Shown here: positions 1 to 10,002 of the stretch, piece by piece
Numbering within the stretch: the stretch's first letter is position 1
How the letters are laid out: every line of letters begins with the position of its first letter
From: Chthoniobacteraceae bacterium
GTDB lineage: Bacteria > Verrucomicrobiota > Verrucomicrobiia > Chthoniobacterales > Chthoniobacteraceae
Direction: 5' to 3'
Assembly (NCBI GenBank): GCA_040081625.1
Contig: JBEBGD010000003.1
Location: 1-64,000, forward strand
Length of the DNA stretch: 64,000 nt
The notes under the pieces: generated by a model
What the model saw: only the letters and a program-made list of their open reading frames with translations
What the model was told of the DNA's origin: nothing
Database searches by the model: none
Program-made: the position numbers and the translations under genes

Positions 1-66
1 CGGAAATCCCGCGCGCATTTCGAGCGCATCGCGGACGGCATCTATTGGTATTCCTTCCAGCCATGA
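1..66 (+). CDS. 3' end of an unidentified gene entering the window (RKSRAHFERIADGIYWYSFQP*)
   Basis: Open frame from base 1 to TGA 64-66, which overlaps the next ATG at 63-65 (ATGA coupling). Confidence 0.5.
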   Translation, partial: RKSRAHFERIADGIYWYSFQP

Positions 67-506
67 GCGCCGTCGGCGTGCGCACCGTTTCCGCGCAGGA
101 CGTGATCGCCGTGCGCTGGCTGATCCTGCGCGCGGGATTTCCGCGTGAATCCGCGGTCTTCGACGGCGACGACGCGCCGGCGACTATTCACCTCGGCGGA
201 TTCGTCGAAGACCGGCTCGTCGGCGTCGCATCGATCTACGCCGCGCCGATGCCGGACCAGCCCGGCGACGCGCGCCAACTGCGCGGCATGGCGACGCTGC
301 CCGCGGTGCGCGGCGCAGGCGTCGGTCGCGCGTTGCTCGCCGCGTGCGAGGACGCCGCGCGCGCGAGCGGCGCCGCGCTGATTTGGTGCAATGCGCGTGT
401 GAGTGCCGCGGAGTTTTACCGACGGCTCGGCTGGGAGATCTCCGGCGCGGAATTCGATATCCCGACAGTCGGGCCGCATTTCCGGATGTCGCGCAGCCTC
501 GTGTGA
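63..506 (+). CDS. GNAT family N-acetyltransferase
   Basis: QLRGMATLPAVRGAGVGRAL acetyl-CoA motif A and WCNAR..A..FY..LGW motif B; start moved to ATG 63 because of the ATGA overlap. Confidence 0.9.
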   Translation: MSAVGVRTVSAQDVIAVRWLILRAGFPRESAVFDGDDAPATIHLGGFVEDRLVGVASIYAAPMPDQPGDARQLRGMATLPAVRGAGVGRALLAACEDAARASGAALIWCNARVSAAEFYRRLGWEISGAEFDIPTVGPHFRMSRSLV

Positions 507-572
507 CGCGCTGCGGAACTGGACGGTGCTCCCGGCCGCCAGCTCGATCATCGGCCTGGTGCCGCAGCTGAT

Positions 573-2102
573 CTAGCCGCCGCCGTGCGCGCGGATCGCC
601 GCGACCAGGCCGGGGATGTCGTATTGCTCCGCCTCGATGTCCACGCTCATGCCCAGCTCGCGCATGGTCTTTGAAGTGATCGGCCCGATCGATGCCGTCT
701 TCATCCCCGCGGGCCACGGCAGGCCGAGCGCGTGGAAATTCTCCGCCGTGCTCGAACTCGTGAACGTGATCAGGTCCGCGCCCTCCGCCTTGAACCGCGC
801 GATGCCGCCGCTCACGTCGTCGGTCTCCGGCACGGTGCGATAGACGGGCACGATATCGACGATCGCGCCGAGCTTCGCGAGTTCGTCGGGCAACACGTCG
901 CGCGCCTTCTCCGCGCGGGCGATGAGGATGGTGAGATTCTCGATCGAGCCCTGCTTCGTGAACGCCTCGACCACCGCCTCGGCCACGAACTCCTCCGGCT
1001 GCAGGTCCACCGTGAACCGATACTCGCGCACCTTCGCCGCCGTCGCGGGACCGATCGCTGCGATCTTCGGCGCGCCGAGTTCGCGCGCGTCGGCGCGCAC
1101 CTCGAAGAACTTCTCGAAGAACGCCTGCACGCCATTCGGCGAGGTGAAGACGAGCCAGTCGTATTGATGCGCGTGGACGACCGACGTGACGAACTCGCGC
1201 TCGTCGGTCGGCGGCTCGATGCGGATGGTCGGCAGCTCAAACACATCCGCACCGAGCCCGCGCAGCGCGGAGCTGAGCGCGCCCGCCTGCTGCCGCGTGC
1301 GCGTGACGACGATGCGCCGTCCCCACAGCGGGCGCTTTTCGAACCACGCGAGCTTTTCGCGCAGCGCCGCGACGGTGCCGATCACCGCCACCGCCGGCGC
1401 GCTAAAGCCGCTCGCGGCGACCTTTTCCGCGATGTCGCCGAGCGTGCCGGTGAGCACCTGCTGCTGCGCGGTGGTGCCCCAGCGCACGAGCGCGATCGGT
1501 GTGTCGGCGGCGAGTCCGTGCTGCACGAGCTGTGTGGTGATCGCGCCGATGCGCTCGACGCCCATGAGCATCACCTTCGTGCCCGGCGCCTTTGCGAGCG
1601 CGGCGTAGTCGAGCGTGCTCCCGGTCTTCGTCGGGTCTTCGTGTCCGGTGAAAATGGTGAGCTGCGCCGCGTGCTCGCGGTGCGTGACGGGGATGCCCGC
1701 ATACGCCGGCGCGGCGATCGCGCTGGTGACGCCCGGCACGATCTCAAACGACAGCCCCGCATCCGCGAGCGACTCCGCCTCCTCGCCGCCGCGGCCGAAA
1801 AGAAACGGATCGCCGCCTTTGAGCCGCAGCACCGTCTTCCCCGCCCTCGTCTTCTCGACGATGAGCGCGTTGATCTCGTCCTGCTTGAGCGTGTGCGCGC
1901 CTGCCTTTTTCCCCGCATAGATGATCTCCGCATCGGCGCGCGCCCACTTGAGCATCTCGCGGTTGCAGAGGTAGTCGAAGACGATCACGTCCGCCGAGCC
2001 GAGCGCCTCGCGCACGCGGAGCGTCACGAGCCCGAGATCGCCCGGCCCCGCGCCGGCGAGGATGCAATGGCCCGTGGTCGTGGTGGCGGCGGATTTTTTC
2101 AT
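573..2102 (-). CDS. cobA: Bifunctional uroporphyrinogen-III C-methyltransferase / uroporphyrinogen-III synthase (CobA-HemD)
   Basis: GAGPGDLGLVT, RLKGGDPFLFGRGGEE and VPGVTSAIA (SUMT), followed by IVVTR..QA, FTSPNGV, IGPAT and FTSSST (HemD). Confidence 0.95.
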   Translation of the reverse strand: MKKSAATTTTGHCILAGAGPGDLGLVTLRVREALGSADVIVFDYLCNREMLKWARADAEIIYAGKKAGAHTLKQDEINALIVEKTRAGKTVLRLKGGDPFLFGRGGEEAESLADAGLSFEIVPGVTSAIAAPAYAGIPVTHREHAAQLTIFTGHEDPTKTGSTLDYAALAKAPGTKVMLMGVERIGAITTQLVQHGLAADTPIALVRWGTTAQQQVLTGTLGDIAEKVAASGFSAPAVAVIGTVAALREKLAWFEKRPLWGRRIVVTRTRQQAGALSSALRGLGADVFELPTIRIEPPTDEREFVTSVVHAHQYDWLVFTSPNGVQAFFEKFFEVRADARELGAPKIAAIGPATAAKVREYRFTVDLQPEEFVAEAVVEAFTKQGSIENLTILIARAEKARDVLPDELAKLGAIVDIVPVYRTVPETDDVSGGIARFKAEGADLITFTSSSTAENFHALGLPWPAGMKTASIGPITSKTMRELGMSVDIEAEQYDIPGLVAAIRAHGGG

Positions 2103-2138
2103 CGATGAACGCGCACGCTGGCACGCACGCGTCTCGCG

Positions 2139-3050
2139 TCAACGAATCCTGCCCGTCAGTCGTTCGGCGAGTTCCGCGCCGGCGAGCGCGAGCGCTGCTT
2201 TCGCGGCGATGTGCTCGCCAAGATCGGTCGCGACGCTGACCTGCCGGTCGCTGGCGATGAGTGCGCCGGTGGCGAGGTTGCGCAGCTTCACTTCCACGCG
2301 CGCCTTGCAGATCACGAGGTTCCCGCGTTGCAGCGCCCGCTCGCTGAAGGCCTCGCCTTCGATCGCGAAGTCGGCGCGCGTGGTGGACTTCTCATCGGCG
2401 ATCGTGAAGCCGCATGCTTGCAGGATGTGCGCGATCTCCGTCTCCGCTGCAGGGTCACTCACCGGCCGGCCGAAGTGCTGCTCGGGAATCTTCACCGCGA
2501 CGACGGGCCGCTTCTCCGCTGCGCCGAGCGCCGCCTTGATCCGCGCGATGCGCGCCTCAGCCGGCTCGACTTTCGCCACGAGCACGCCCGCATTCTTCGT
2601 CGCGAGATCGCCGATCATGCCCGCGAGACTCACGGCTGTGTCGGCGAGTGAACCATTCGGCGCGAGCTTCGCGGTGACGGCGAAGACGCGACCGGTCTCG
2701 GTCCCGATAATCTTCGCGACCACGAGTGTCTCTGCCTCCGCCTTCATCACGCGCCCGGTCACGAGCACCGTCGCGCCAGTGAGTTGGCCCACCCGCGCGG
2801 CGTTCTCCGGCGCGACGCTGCCGGAGAGAGCGAGTTCTTGTTCGCCGAGCGCCTTGTCGAGTTCCGCGCGCTCGACGGTGAGCAGCCGCGCATCGGCGGA
2901 AAGCTGCGCGGTGACGAGGCTCGTGATCTTCGGACCGAGATCGCGCACGCCTTCCTCCGGCGATTGGAAGTCGAACACAGCGATGCTGAGCGGAGCGTCG
3001 GCGGCGTGGAGGGTCGCGATGGCGAGCAGGAGTGCGGCGGGGAGTTTCAT
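2139..3050 (-). CDS. Exported CsgG/HfaB/TolB-N-like fold protein with two alpha/beta modules
   Basis: Signal peptide MKLPAALLLAIATLHA; IAVFDF...VERAELDKALGEQEL...AARVGQLTGA.VLVTGRV pattern; ATG 3050 overlaps the upstream stop (ATGA). Confidence 0.75.
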   Translation of the reverse strand: MKLPAALLLAIATLHAADAPLSIAVFDFQSPEEGVRDLGPKITSLVTAQLSADARLLTVERAELDKALGEQELALSGSVAPENAARVGQLTGATVLVTGRVMKAEAETLVVAKIIGTETGRVFAVTAKLAPNGSLADTAVSLAGMIGDLATKNAGVLVAKVEPAEARIARIKAALGAAEKRPVVAVKIPEQHFGRPVSDPAAETEIAHILQACGFTIADEKSTTRADFAIEGEAFSERALQRGNLVICKARVEVKLRNLATGALIASDRQVSVATDLGEHIAAKAALALAGAELAERLTGRIR

Positions 3051-6000
3051 GGCGAGCGTGGCGATGCGGGAGGAGTGGCGTTTGGCGCGGATGTTCGACG
3101 CGGCAGAGAATTGCGAAGGTCGGAATGCGGAACGAACCAAAAGCCGATGCGAAATGCCATCCCGCTGACGATCAATCCGCCGGGAGCGGGCCACGATGTC
3201 AATGGACCCACGGCGGACATCGCAGCGGCGCTGCCGCTCGGTGCCTGGGCCGGCACGAGTTCCACCTGAATTTCCGGGCCCATCCCGGTCGCGATCACGA
3301 GATGCGAGCCATCGAACGGCGGGTGAAATGCGCCGCGCGCCGTGAGTGCCGGCAGGGCGGAAAATGGCGGGAGTTTCGGGGCGATGAGCGGCGGTCTCGT
3401 CCGCGGCTCCCGCCCGTCGTCTTGCGCCGGCTTTGGATTCCACTGCTTCGTCGGCGGATCGAACGTCACGACTGGGCCGTGCAGATCCTTGCTCGCGGCC
3501 GCCCATGCCGTTGATTTGGTGCCGGTGAGCGGCTGGCGGGGAATGCCGGAGCCGGGCTCCTTTTGCCCTTCGCGCCGTGTCGCGGTATCCACGAGAAGCT
3601 GTCCATTCGAGATCCGCAGCGCGCGATAGAAGAGCGCCGCGTTGTCGAGCGGAGTTTGCTCCGGTTTGCGGCGGGTGCTTGCGAGCAGATCGATCGCGCC
3701 GGTCGAGCAATCCCACCGCAGGAGCGCGTCGCTGCCTTCGTCGCGCTGCACGAAGTAGATGAAGCCGTCGTGCCATACCGGACGGAGCGCGCCCGCGGGC
3801 TTGAACTCGCGGTTGATCTTCCACGAACCGGCCCGGCGATCGTAGGTCCCCACGCACTCGTCGCTGAGGAGGACGTAAACGGCGTCCGCCATCGGAAAGA
3901 GGGAACCGCCAGTCCGATGGCCCTCGCCGATCCTGATCCTCCGCTGCGTCGAGGGCATCGCGATGACTTCAGTCTCGAGCGTGGGAAAGCGGACGCGGTA
4001 AATGAAGCGCTCGACGTTCTGCTCCCTCGCAGAATTCTCCGTCCTCTCGCCGAGAATCCACAGCGCACCATCCGCGAACAGGGCGCCATTCAGATCGATT
4101 GTCACGTCAAAGCCGCGCGGCTCGGCGAAGTCGCTCGCGCGCCAGTAGCGCGTCACTCGCAACGGTGCGGTGGGTGCAGGCTTGGCGATCGCGCCCGCGA
4201 GCCCGAGCCAGTTCATCTTTCGCGATTGTTCCGTGACGGAGAGCTCCCTGTTCGCGTTCCGATCCGCCCACTCGCCGATCGCGCGGTTCAGCCGCTCGAT
4301 CTCCTCCGGGAGATAGCTCTCCGGCGACCACCAGAGCGAAAGAGCCGTGGCCGGATCGGCCTGCCCGAAGATTGCGAGCATCACCTCGACTCGAAATGCG
4401 CGATACTCGGGCGAAAAGGCGAAGGTCTGCGGCGATGAGTTGATCGCCATTTTGACCATCGGGAGGTCGGGATCGAGTTCGCGCCGGAAAAGCTCCATGC
4501 CTTGAAGCGTGTGGACGCCGATCTCCTGGAGCCGCATGTCCGCGGCCCACGCAGGCAGCAACTCGCGAAAAGCCGCAATCGCCCCGCGCTGCGCCGCCGC
4601 GCGTGTGGCGACGAGTGACTGACGGGTGCTCGCCAGCCGGTTGCCGAAGAGCCGATCCTCCGGCGCCTTCGACGCCAGCAGCGTGCTCGTGATCCGCGTG
4701 CCGACTGCTGCGGCGCGAGCGTCGTTCGGCTCAAACCACAACTTCGCCCGGACCGCGGCGCGGCCATACGCATCGTCGGTGCGGAAATGCCGCGCGAGCA
4801 GCGAATCGATCGCGGCCCCGGCGTGTTCGGACGTCTCGTGCATTGCCACGGCGCACGCGACGTTTTGCACGGCGAACGCGATCTCCGCCTTCGCATCGGG
4901 GAGGCGTCCGGCCGCAGTCATCGCTTCGGCGGACGCCGCGCGCCATGTCTCGCGCATCGCCGCGAGCCGATCGCGCTGGCGCGCGATCTCCGCGGCGGTG
5001 TCGAACGCGGCGGCGGCGAACTTCACCTGGTCGAGCACTGCGAGGCCAAATTCCAGCCACGCGATTCGCGCCGCGTCGTCCTGCGTTTCGATCCGGCTCA
5101 GCTCCGCGCGCCACGAGTCGAGCGCGCGCGTGGTGATCACGAGCCACTCCGCACCATCCGGGCAATCGGCCCGGCGCTGCGGGTGATGGAAGAGATCGTG
5201 GCTGCTCCAATCTTCGGATAACGGAAAATCGCCGGTGACCGTGCGGCGTTGCATCCGGAGGAAGCGAAGTGCGGCGTCGATCCGCAGGCGCGCGACCTCC
5301 GGTGTCCGCAAACCCAGCGCCCATGCGGCGTCGGCGGCTTCCATCGCCGGGGCGTAGAGCTGGATGAGCGAAGCGACTCGTGCTTCGTCGGCAAAGCGCT
5401 GCGCCTCCGCGAGGTCGTCGCCGCTTACGCGCGCATCGCCGGGGCGCAGCTTCGCGAGCGCCGCCTGCAACGCCGCGTCCACGGCCGCGCCCGGATGCTC
5501 GCGATCGCCCGCGCCACTGCCGGCGATCACTTCGCCTCCGCCGGCGGGCTGAAGGCGGACGCTGAAACGAAACGCGCCGGGCTTCGCGAGATCGGGCTCG
5601 ACCGCGCCTTCCACGAGATAGCGCCCGTGCCAGAAAGTGTTCGCATCGCCGCCCGCCTCCGCCGCGAGCGTGTCCAGCGCCGAGCGTTCGAGCAGCACGA
5701 GTCGCGGGTCGCGTCCAAGCCGGTGCCGGAGCAGGACGCCGAGTGTGCGCTCGAGTTCGAGCGCGTTCTTCGAGCCGAGGGTCGAGCGCACGCCGAGCAG
5801 CGAAACGGCGAGCGCATCGCGCTGCGTCGCGCGCATGGCCAGCGCGGAGGCGTGGGGCGCGAGCGCATCGGCCCACGCGGTCGCGTTCGCGATCGGCGCC
5901 GGGTGGTGGAGCGTCTCGATGACGACGCCGGGCGAGACGCGCACGAGCCTGCTCTCGACCGTTTTCGTGCCGAGGAGGTCGCGCTCGCGGATGAAGACAA

Positions 6001-6910
6001 ATGCATCGGCGTGCAGCCATGCGCCGAGCTGCCCGGCTGAAGCCGCATTCGCCGCGAGTCCGCGCGCGAGCCGCTGCTCGGCGAGGATGCGATCGATCTC
6101 CTGTCGCTCGACGAGTTCGATCCCCGGCGCGCTGCCCAGCCGCGCGGTGAGTGCGATGGCCGCGGCTTCGTTCGCTTCGTCGGCCACGATGGCGAGCCGG
6201 CATCGTCCACTCGGCACCGGTGCGGCGGGCGCGGCGGTCGGGAGTAGTTCGGCGACGCCGAGCGCCTGCAGCGTCGGCGCTGCGACCTCCGGCGGCGCCG
6301 TCGCAGTCGTGGGCTTCGCCTTTTGAGTGGTGAAGGGATGGGGGAAATCGTCGCGGCCGCCGTGCGCGACGAGCAGTTCATACACGCCGGTATTCGCGCT
6401 GAAGTTCGCGAGATGCGTGCAGCGTCCGCCGCCCGCGTTCGGGTCCGCGCCGGCGTCGAGGAGCAGCTTTGTGATCTCGACGGAGCCGCCCGTCGCCACG
6501 CCGTTGAGTGCGGTGTGGCCGGTGCAGGCCCCGTCATCGCAGCGGCCCACGTAGGTCGCCTTCGCCCCGTGTGCGAGCAGCCACTTCACCGTTTCGATGC
6601 GGCCCCGACTCGCCGCGTGCATGAGGGCGTTCTCGCCTCTGCTCGCGCCGGTCGTCCGCGCGATGTCCGCCGGCACGCCCGCGGCCACGAGCTTCTCGAT
6701 CACACCCGTCCGGCCGGCCTGCGCAGCGGCGATCATCAAGGCCGCGTCGGTGCTGACGCCGGCCTTTTTCGCGGTATCGCGAATCCTGGCGATGCGACCC
6801 CATTCCTCCGCGGCCACCGCTTCCTCGATCTCGCGGGCAGTGGCCGCGTGGCTCGCGAAACTGGACACGAGCAGCAGCGTGATGCCGAGCAGGCTAACGC
6901 ACGTTCGCAT
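3047..6910 (-). CDS. Large exported protein: ankyrin repeats, two CsgG-like modules, helical region and beta-rich C-terminus
   Basis: Signal peptide MRTCVSLLGITLLLVSSFASHA; ankyrin motifs ALMHAASRGRIETVKWLLAHGA and ITKLLLDAGADPN; LVERQEIDRILAEQ and LLERSALDTLAAE modules. Confidence 0.75.
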   Translation of the reverse strand: MRTCVSLLGITLLLVSSFASHAATAREIEEAVAAEEWGRIARIRDTAKKAGVSTDAALMIAAAQAGRTGVIEKLVAAGVPADIARTTGASRGENALMHAASRGRIETVKWLLAHGAKATYVGRCDDGACTGHTALNGVATGGSVEITKLLLDAGADPNAGGGRCTHLANFSANTGVYELLVAHGGRDDFPHPFTTQKAKPTTATAPPEVAAPTLQALGVAELLPTAAPAAPVPSGRCRLAIVADEANEAAAIALTARLGSAPGIELVERQEIDRILAEQRLARGLAANAASAGQLGAWLHADAFVFIRERDLLGTKTVESRLVRVSPGVVIETLHHPAPIANATAWADALAPHASALAMRATQRDALAVSLLGVRSTLGSKNALELERTLGVLLRHRLGRDPRLVLLERSALDTLAAEAGGDANTFWHGRYLVEGAVEPDLAKPGAFRFSVRLQPAGGGEVIAGSGAGDREHPGAAVDAALQAALAKLRPGDARVSGDDLAEAQRFADEARVASLIQLYAPAMEAADAAWALGLRTPEVARLRIDAALRFLRMQRRTVTGDFPLSEDWSSHDLFHHPQRRADCPDGAEWLVITTRALDSWRAELSRIETQDDAARIAWLEFGLAVLDQVKFAAAAFDTAAEIARQRDRLAAMRETWRAASAEAMTAAGRLPDAKAEIAFAVQNVACAVAMHETSEHAGAAIDSLLARHFRTDDAYGRAAVRAKLWFEPNDARAAAVGTRITSTLLASKAPEDRLFGNRLASTRQSLVATRAAAQRGAIAAFRELLPAWAADMRLQEIGVHTLQGMELFRRELDPDLPMVKMAINSSPQTFAFSPEYRAFRVEVMLAIFGQADPATALSLWWSPESYLPEEIERLNRAIGEWADRNANRELSVTEQSRKMNWLGLAGAIAKPAPTAPLRVTRYWRASDFAEPRGFDVTIDLNGALFADGALWILGERTENSAREQNVERFIYRVRFPTLETEVIAMPSTQRRIRIGEGHRTGGSLFPMADAVYVLLSDECVGTYDRRAGSWKINREFKPAGALRPVWHDGFIYFVQRDEGSDALLRWDCSTGAIDLLASTRRKPEQTPLDNAALFYRALRISNGQLLVDTATRREGQKEPGSGIPRQPLTGTKSTAWAAASKDLHGPVVTFDPPTKQWNPKPAQDDGREPRTRPPLIAPKLPPFSALPALTARGAFHPPFDGSHLVIATGMGPEIQVELVPAQAPSGSAAAMSAVGPLTSWPAPGGLIVSGMAFRIGFWFVPHSDLRNSLPRRTSAPNATPPASPRSP

Positions 6911-7664
6911 CGGTGAAGGGGAGTGTTTCGCGTCCGAGTGCGAGTTGCACGAGCTTGAAAAAGTCGAGTTGCGCGCCGGCGTCCGTTTCGATCTCCGCGA
7001 AGCGCGCGGCGTCCGTGCAGAAGATTTTTCCATGCTCGACGAGGACGCCCAGCCGTCCGCCGAGAGTCGCTGCGGCGATGTCTCGTGCGGGCAGGAGCAC
7101 GATGGCGCCGCGGCCCGTGCCGAGCGGGGAGGGAATTTGCGCACGGCTTGCGGCGATGACGATGACGGCATCGGCAGGCGGCGCTTCGTCAGGATTGTAA
7201 CGGCTCACCAATGCGCCGAGACGAGCGAGCGCGGACGCGAGCCGCGCATCAGGATCGTGCACGGAGAGCTTCGCGCCTTTCAGCAAATCGGTGGGGCACG
7301 CGAGCACGAGTTGGCGCCCGAGCGGCTTTCCCTCCGACAAAATCTCCACGCGAAAAGTCGTCGTCGCGCGCACCGCGGGCAGAGCGAAAGCGAGCGTCTC
7401 GATCATTCGCTGGCCGGGCTCCAGCGCGAGCGTCTTCCATGGCGCGGCAGGTCCGATTGGCGCTGCCGTCGCGGAGCTGAGTTGAAAGACGCGGTGCGAG
7501 CAGTCGAGCTTCGCGGGCGCATCGCCGCGATTCTCGATGCGCCATTCGATCTCGGCCGGACGGCCCGCGAAAACGACCACGGGAGATTCGGGATTAACGA
7601 TCGCGATCTCCGCGCGGGCCGTGGACGCGGCGGCGAGCAGCAGGAAGATCGAGCGCGTTCTCAC
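6894..7664 (-). CDS. Exported hypothetical protein with a probable Ig-like N-terminal domain
   Basis: GTG 7664 overlaps the upstream TGA (GTGA); signal peptide RTRSIFLLLAAASTARA; 3' end overlaps the next start by 17 nt. Confidence 0.65.
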   Translation of the reverse strand: MRTRSIFLLLAAASTARAEIAIVNPESPVVVFAGRPAEIEWRIENRGDAPAKLDCSHRVFQLSSATAAPIGPAAPWKTLALEPGQRMIETLAFALPAVRATTTFRVEILSEGKPLGRQLVLACPTDLLKGAKLSVHDPDARLASALARLGALVSRYNPDEAPPADAVIVIAASRAQIPSPLGTGRGAIVLLPARDIAAATLGGRLGVLVEHGKIFCTDAARFAEIETDAGAQLDFFKLVQLALGRETLPFTDANVR

Positions 7665-8779
7665 CGCAGCGTGCCCGCGAGCAGCCAGGCCCCCGCGGCG
7701 CAGATGGCCACGCCGCCGGTTCGCACGGCGATCGGGATGCGCGCCGGCACCCAGTGGCGCACCAGCGCCATCGCTCCGAGCAGCGGGAGCACGACGAGTT
7801 GATGGCCGATTTCCACCCCTACGCTGAAGCCGGCGATGGCCGTGGCGAGAGTGGTCGCGGGGAAGCCCTCCATGGCGGCGCTCAGGCCACCGGCGAAACC
7901 GAGCCCGTGGAAAAGGCCGAAGCCGAACGCGACGCCGAGTCGCGCGGTGAGCAGCGGCTGGCCGGGTTTGAAAAGATTCAGCGCGGCGGCGACGACGATG
8001 CTCGCGGCGATGAGCGGTTCGACGACGCTCGGCCGCACGTGGACGAGCCCGAGCACGCCGAGCGTGATGGTGATCGTGTGCGCGAAGGTGAAGACGGAGA
8101 CGAGCGCGAGCACGCGCCAGAATCCCGGCAGCGCGAGCACGAGCGCGGCGACGAAGAGCGCGTGGTCCCAGCCGCCGGTGATGTGCTCGATGCCGTGCCG
8201 GAAGAAATCCCACGCGAGCCGCCAGTGATCCGCGGGCGGCTGCGCGAAGCCGGCGGCGATGCCTTGCGCGAGCGGCACGAGCAGCGGCTGTTTCGCGGTG
8301 AGCAGCGCGCCTTCGACGACGGGCCGTTCGTCGTGCCAGACGCGCGCGATGAGCGGCGCCTCCCACGGGTTGCCGGGCGCAAAGAGAATCTCGGTGAGGA
8401 GATCCTGGCGCACTTCGATCTGCGCGGGCGACTTGACGGGGAAGCGCAGCACGTAGGTGGTGAAGCCGTTCACGCTGCGATCGACCGGGGGGCGCACCTC
8501 GCGCACTTCGCCGGGCGCGGCGGTGCCATCGGCGAGGAGGGTGAAGTGGCGGAGCAGATACGCGCCGTGCGCGGTGAGCATCGCGTCGAAGTCCTGCGCG
8601 TCGGCGCCGCCTTCGCCGAGCGTGGCGGCGACGAAGACCTGCTCGTTCGAGATGCGCAGCGTGGCGGCGGCGGCATCGGCGGTGAGGTGGAGATCGAGGG
8701 AGCCTTGCGCGACGGGGTGGGCGTGTGCGGCGAAGCAGATGAAGATGAAGAAGCAGAAGCAGAAGCAGAGAGATTTCAT
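7661..8779 (-). CDS. HupE/UreJ family membrane protein with N-terminal periplasmic domain
   Basis: GIEHITGGWDHALF, FTFAHTIT, VVEPLIAASI, FGLFHGLGFA and GVEIGH motifs; multiple TM helices; predicted mature N-terminal His (AHA|HPV). Confidence 0.9.
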   Translation of the reverse strand: MKSLCFCFCFFIFICFAAHAHPVAQGSLDLHLTADAAAATLRISNEQVFVAATLGEGGADAQDFDAMLTAHGAYLLRHFTLLADGTAAPGEVREVRPPVDRSVNGFTTYVLRFPVKSPAQIEVRQDLLTEILFAPGNPWEAPLIARVWHDERPVVEGALLTAKQPLLVPLAQGIAAGFAQPPADHWRLAWDFFRHGIEHITGGWDHALFVAALVLALPGFWRVLALVSVFTFAHTITITLGVLGLVHVRPSVVEPLIAASIVVAAALNLFKPGQPLLTARLGVAFGFGLFHGLGFAGGLSAAMEGFPATTLATAIAGFSVGVEIGHQLVVLPLLGAMALVRHWVPARIPIAVRTGGVAICAAGAWLLAGTLR

Positions 8780-10002
8780 CGGTGGACGTGGAAGTTTGCG
8801 AAGTGCGGGTTTACCGCGGCGCAGCGGCGGAGCAAGTCCTGGCCTTCCTTCACGGCGCCGGCGCTCAGGCGGATCATGGCAGCGTGGTAGAGAACGTGCG
8901 GGTCGGCGAGGCCGGTGGCGAGGGCCTTCGCGCTCGACTCGGTCGCGGCGGTGAAATCGCCCGCGCGGTATTGCGCCCACGCGAGCGCATCCCACGCGCC
9001 GGTGCTCTGGCGCAGCTTGAGGTCGCGCTGCGCGAACTCGATGGCCTGCGCGGCGTCGGGCTGCGAGTCGCTGAAGAAGCCGGAGAGGTGATGGATGTAG
9101 AGCACTTCGCCGCGATCGAGCGATGCGCGGTAACCGGCGAGTGCCTTGTCGTGCGCAGCCTTCGCGTCGGCGGGGCGCTTGTAAAAAGCGTGCAGGTCGC
9201 CGAGCGCCTGCCACATCTCGGGCCGGCCCGTGCTGGTCGCGACCTGCTCGAAAAGCTCCGCGGCTTCCGCGTCGCGGCCTTGCGCGCCGCGCAACTCGGC
9301 GATGGCCGAGGTCACGGTCCAGTGGCCCGGCGCGGTGGCGAGCGCTTCGTCGTAGAGCTGGCCCGCGGCGGTGTGATCGCCGCGGCGGAAGGCCTGTTCG
9401 CCACGCTGCATGAGCGCCCAGACGAGGGTCTCGCTGTCGGTATCGGCGCGGGCAAAGGCGAGAGTGGCGTCGAGATGCTCGGCGGCTTCATCGAGCTTGC
9501 CGCGCAACCACGCGAGGCGCGCGAAGCGGGATTCGCTCGCGGGGGCGGGCTCGCTGCGCTCGAGCGCGCGGGCAAAGGCTTGCTGCGCGCCGTCGAGATC
9601 GCCGAGCTCGATCAGAGCGTCGCCAAGCAGTTGCTGCGAAAGCGCCTTGCCGGGCTGGAGCATTTCGAGCTGGCGGGCGAAGTCGGCGGCTTCGCCAAAG
9701 CGGTGCAGTGCGGAGAGCACGCGCGCGCGCCCGGCGAGCCCGCTTGGATTTTGCCCGGGCGGCGTGGCCTTCAGCGAGAGCGTGGTGATCTCTTCCGCGC
9801 GGCGCAGGTCTTCGAGCCGGCCGGCCCAGCTCAGTCGCCGGAGCAGGCGGTCGGCGAATTGATTCGCGGCAACGTAGTCGTCGGGATCGCGCTTGAGCCG
9901 CTCTTCAAAAAAATCAACCGCGCGGTCCAATTTCGCGCTCACTGCGTCCTCCGCCGCGTGCGCGCTGAGAACGGCGGCGAGAACGCAAATGGCGCGATGC
10001 AT
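8776..10002 (-). CDS. Exported tetratricopeptide-repeat protein
   Basis: Signal peptide MHRAICVLAAVLSAHA; TPR-like units (LGDALIELGDLDGAQQAFARAL, DALAWAQYRAGD..AA); ATGA coupling to the HupE gene. Confidence 0.85.
   Translation of the reverse strand: MHRAICVLAAVLSAHAAEDAVSAKLDRAVDFFEERLKRDPDDYVAANQFADRLLRRLSWAGRLEDLRRAEEITTLSLKATPPGQNPSGLAGRARVLSALHRFGEAADFARQLEMLQPGKALSQQLLGDALIELGDLDGAQQAFARALERSEPAPASESRFARLAWLRGKLDEAAEHLDATLAFARADTDSETLVWALMQRGEQAFRRGDHTAAGQLYDEALATAPGHWTVTSAIAELRGAQGRDAEAAELFEQVATSTGRPEMWQALGDLHAFYKRPADAKAAHDKALAGYRASLDRGEVLYIHHLSGFFSDSQPDAAQAIEFAQRDLKLRQSTGAWDALAWAQYRAGDFTAATESSAKALATGLADPHVLYHAAMIRLSAGAVKEGQDLLRRCAAVNPHFANFHVHR

Noticed and set aside
2139..3050. A true curli secretion operon
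   Set aside because: No csgA/B/E/F-like genes, and the protein lacks the lipoprotein Cys of canonical CsgG; only the fold-level motif is shared.
3051..3857. N-terminal extensions given by the ORF track (starts at 3857, 7171, 8366, 9214, 19080, 29687, 33088, 33599, 41555)
   Set aside because: They run deep into neighbouring genes; downstream starts give clean signal peptides or family N-termini, often with stop/start coupling.
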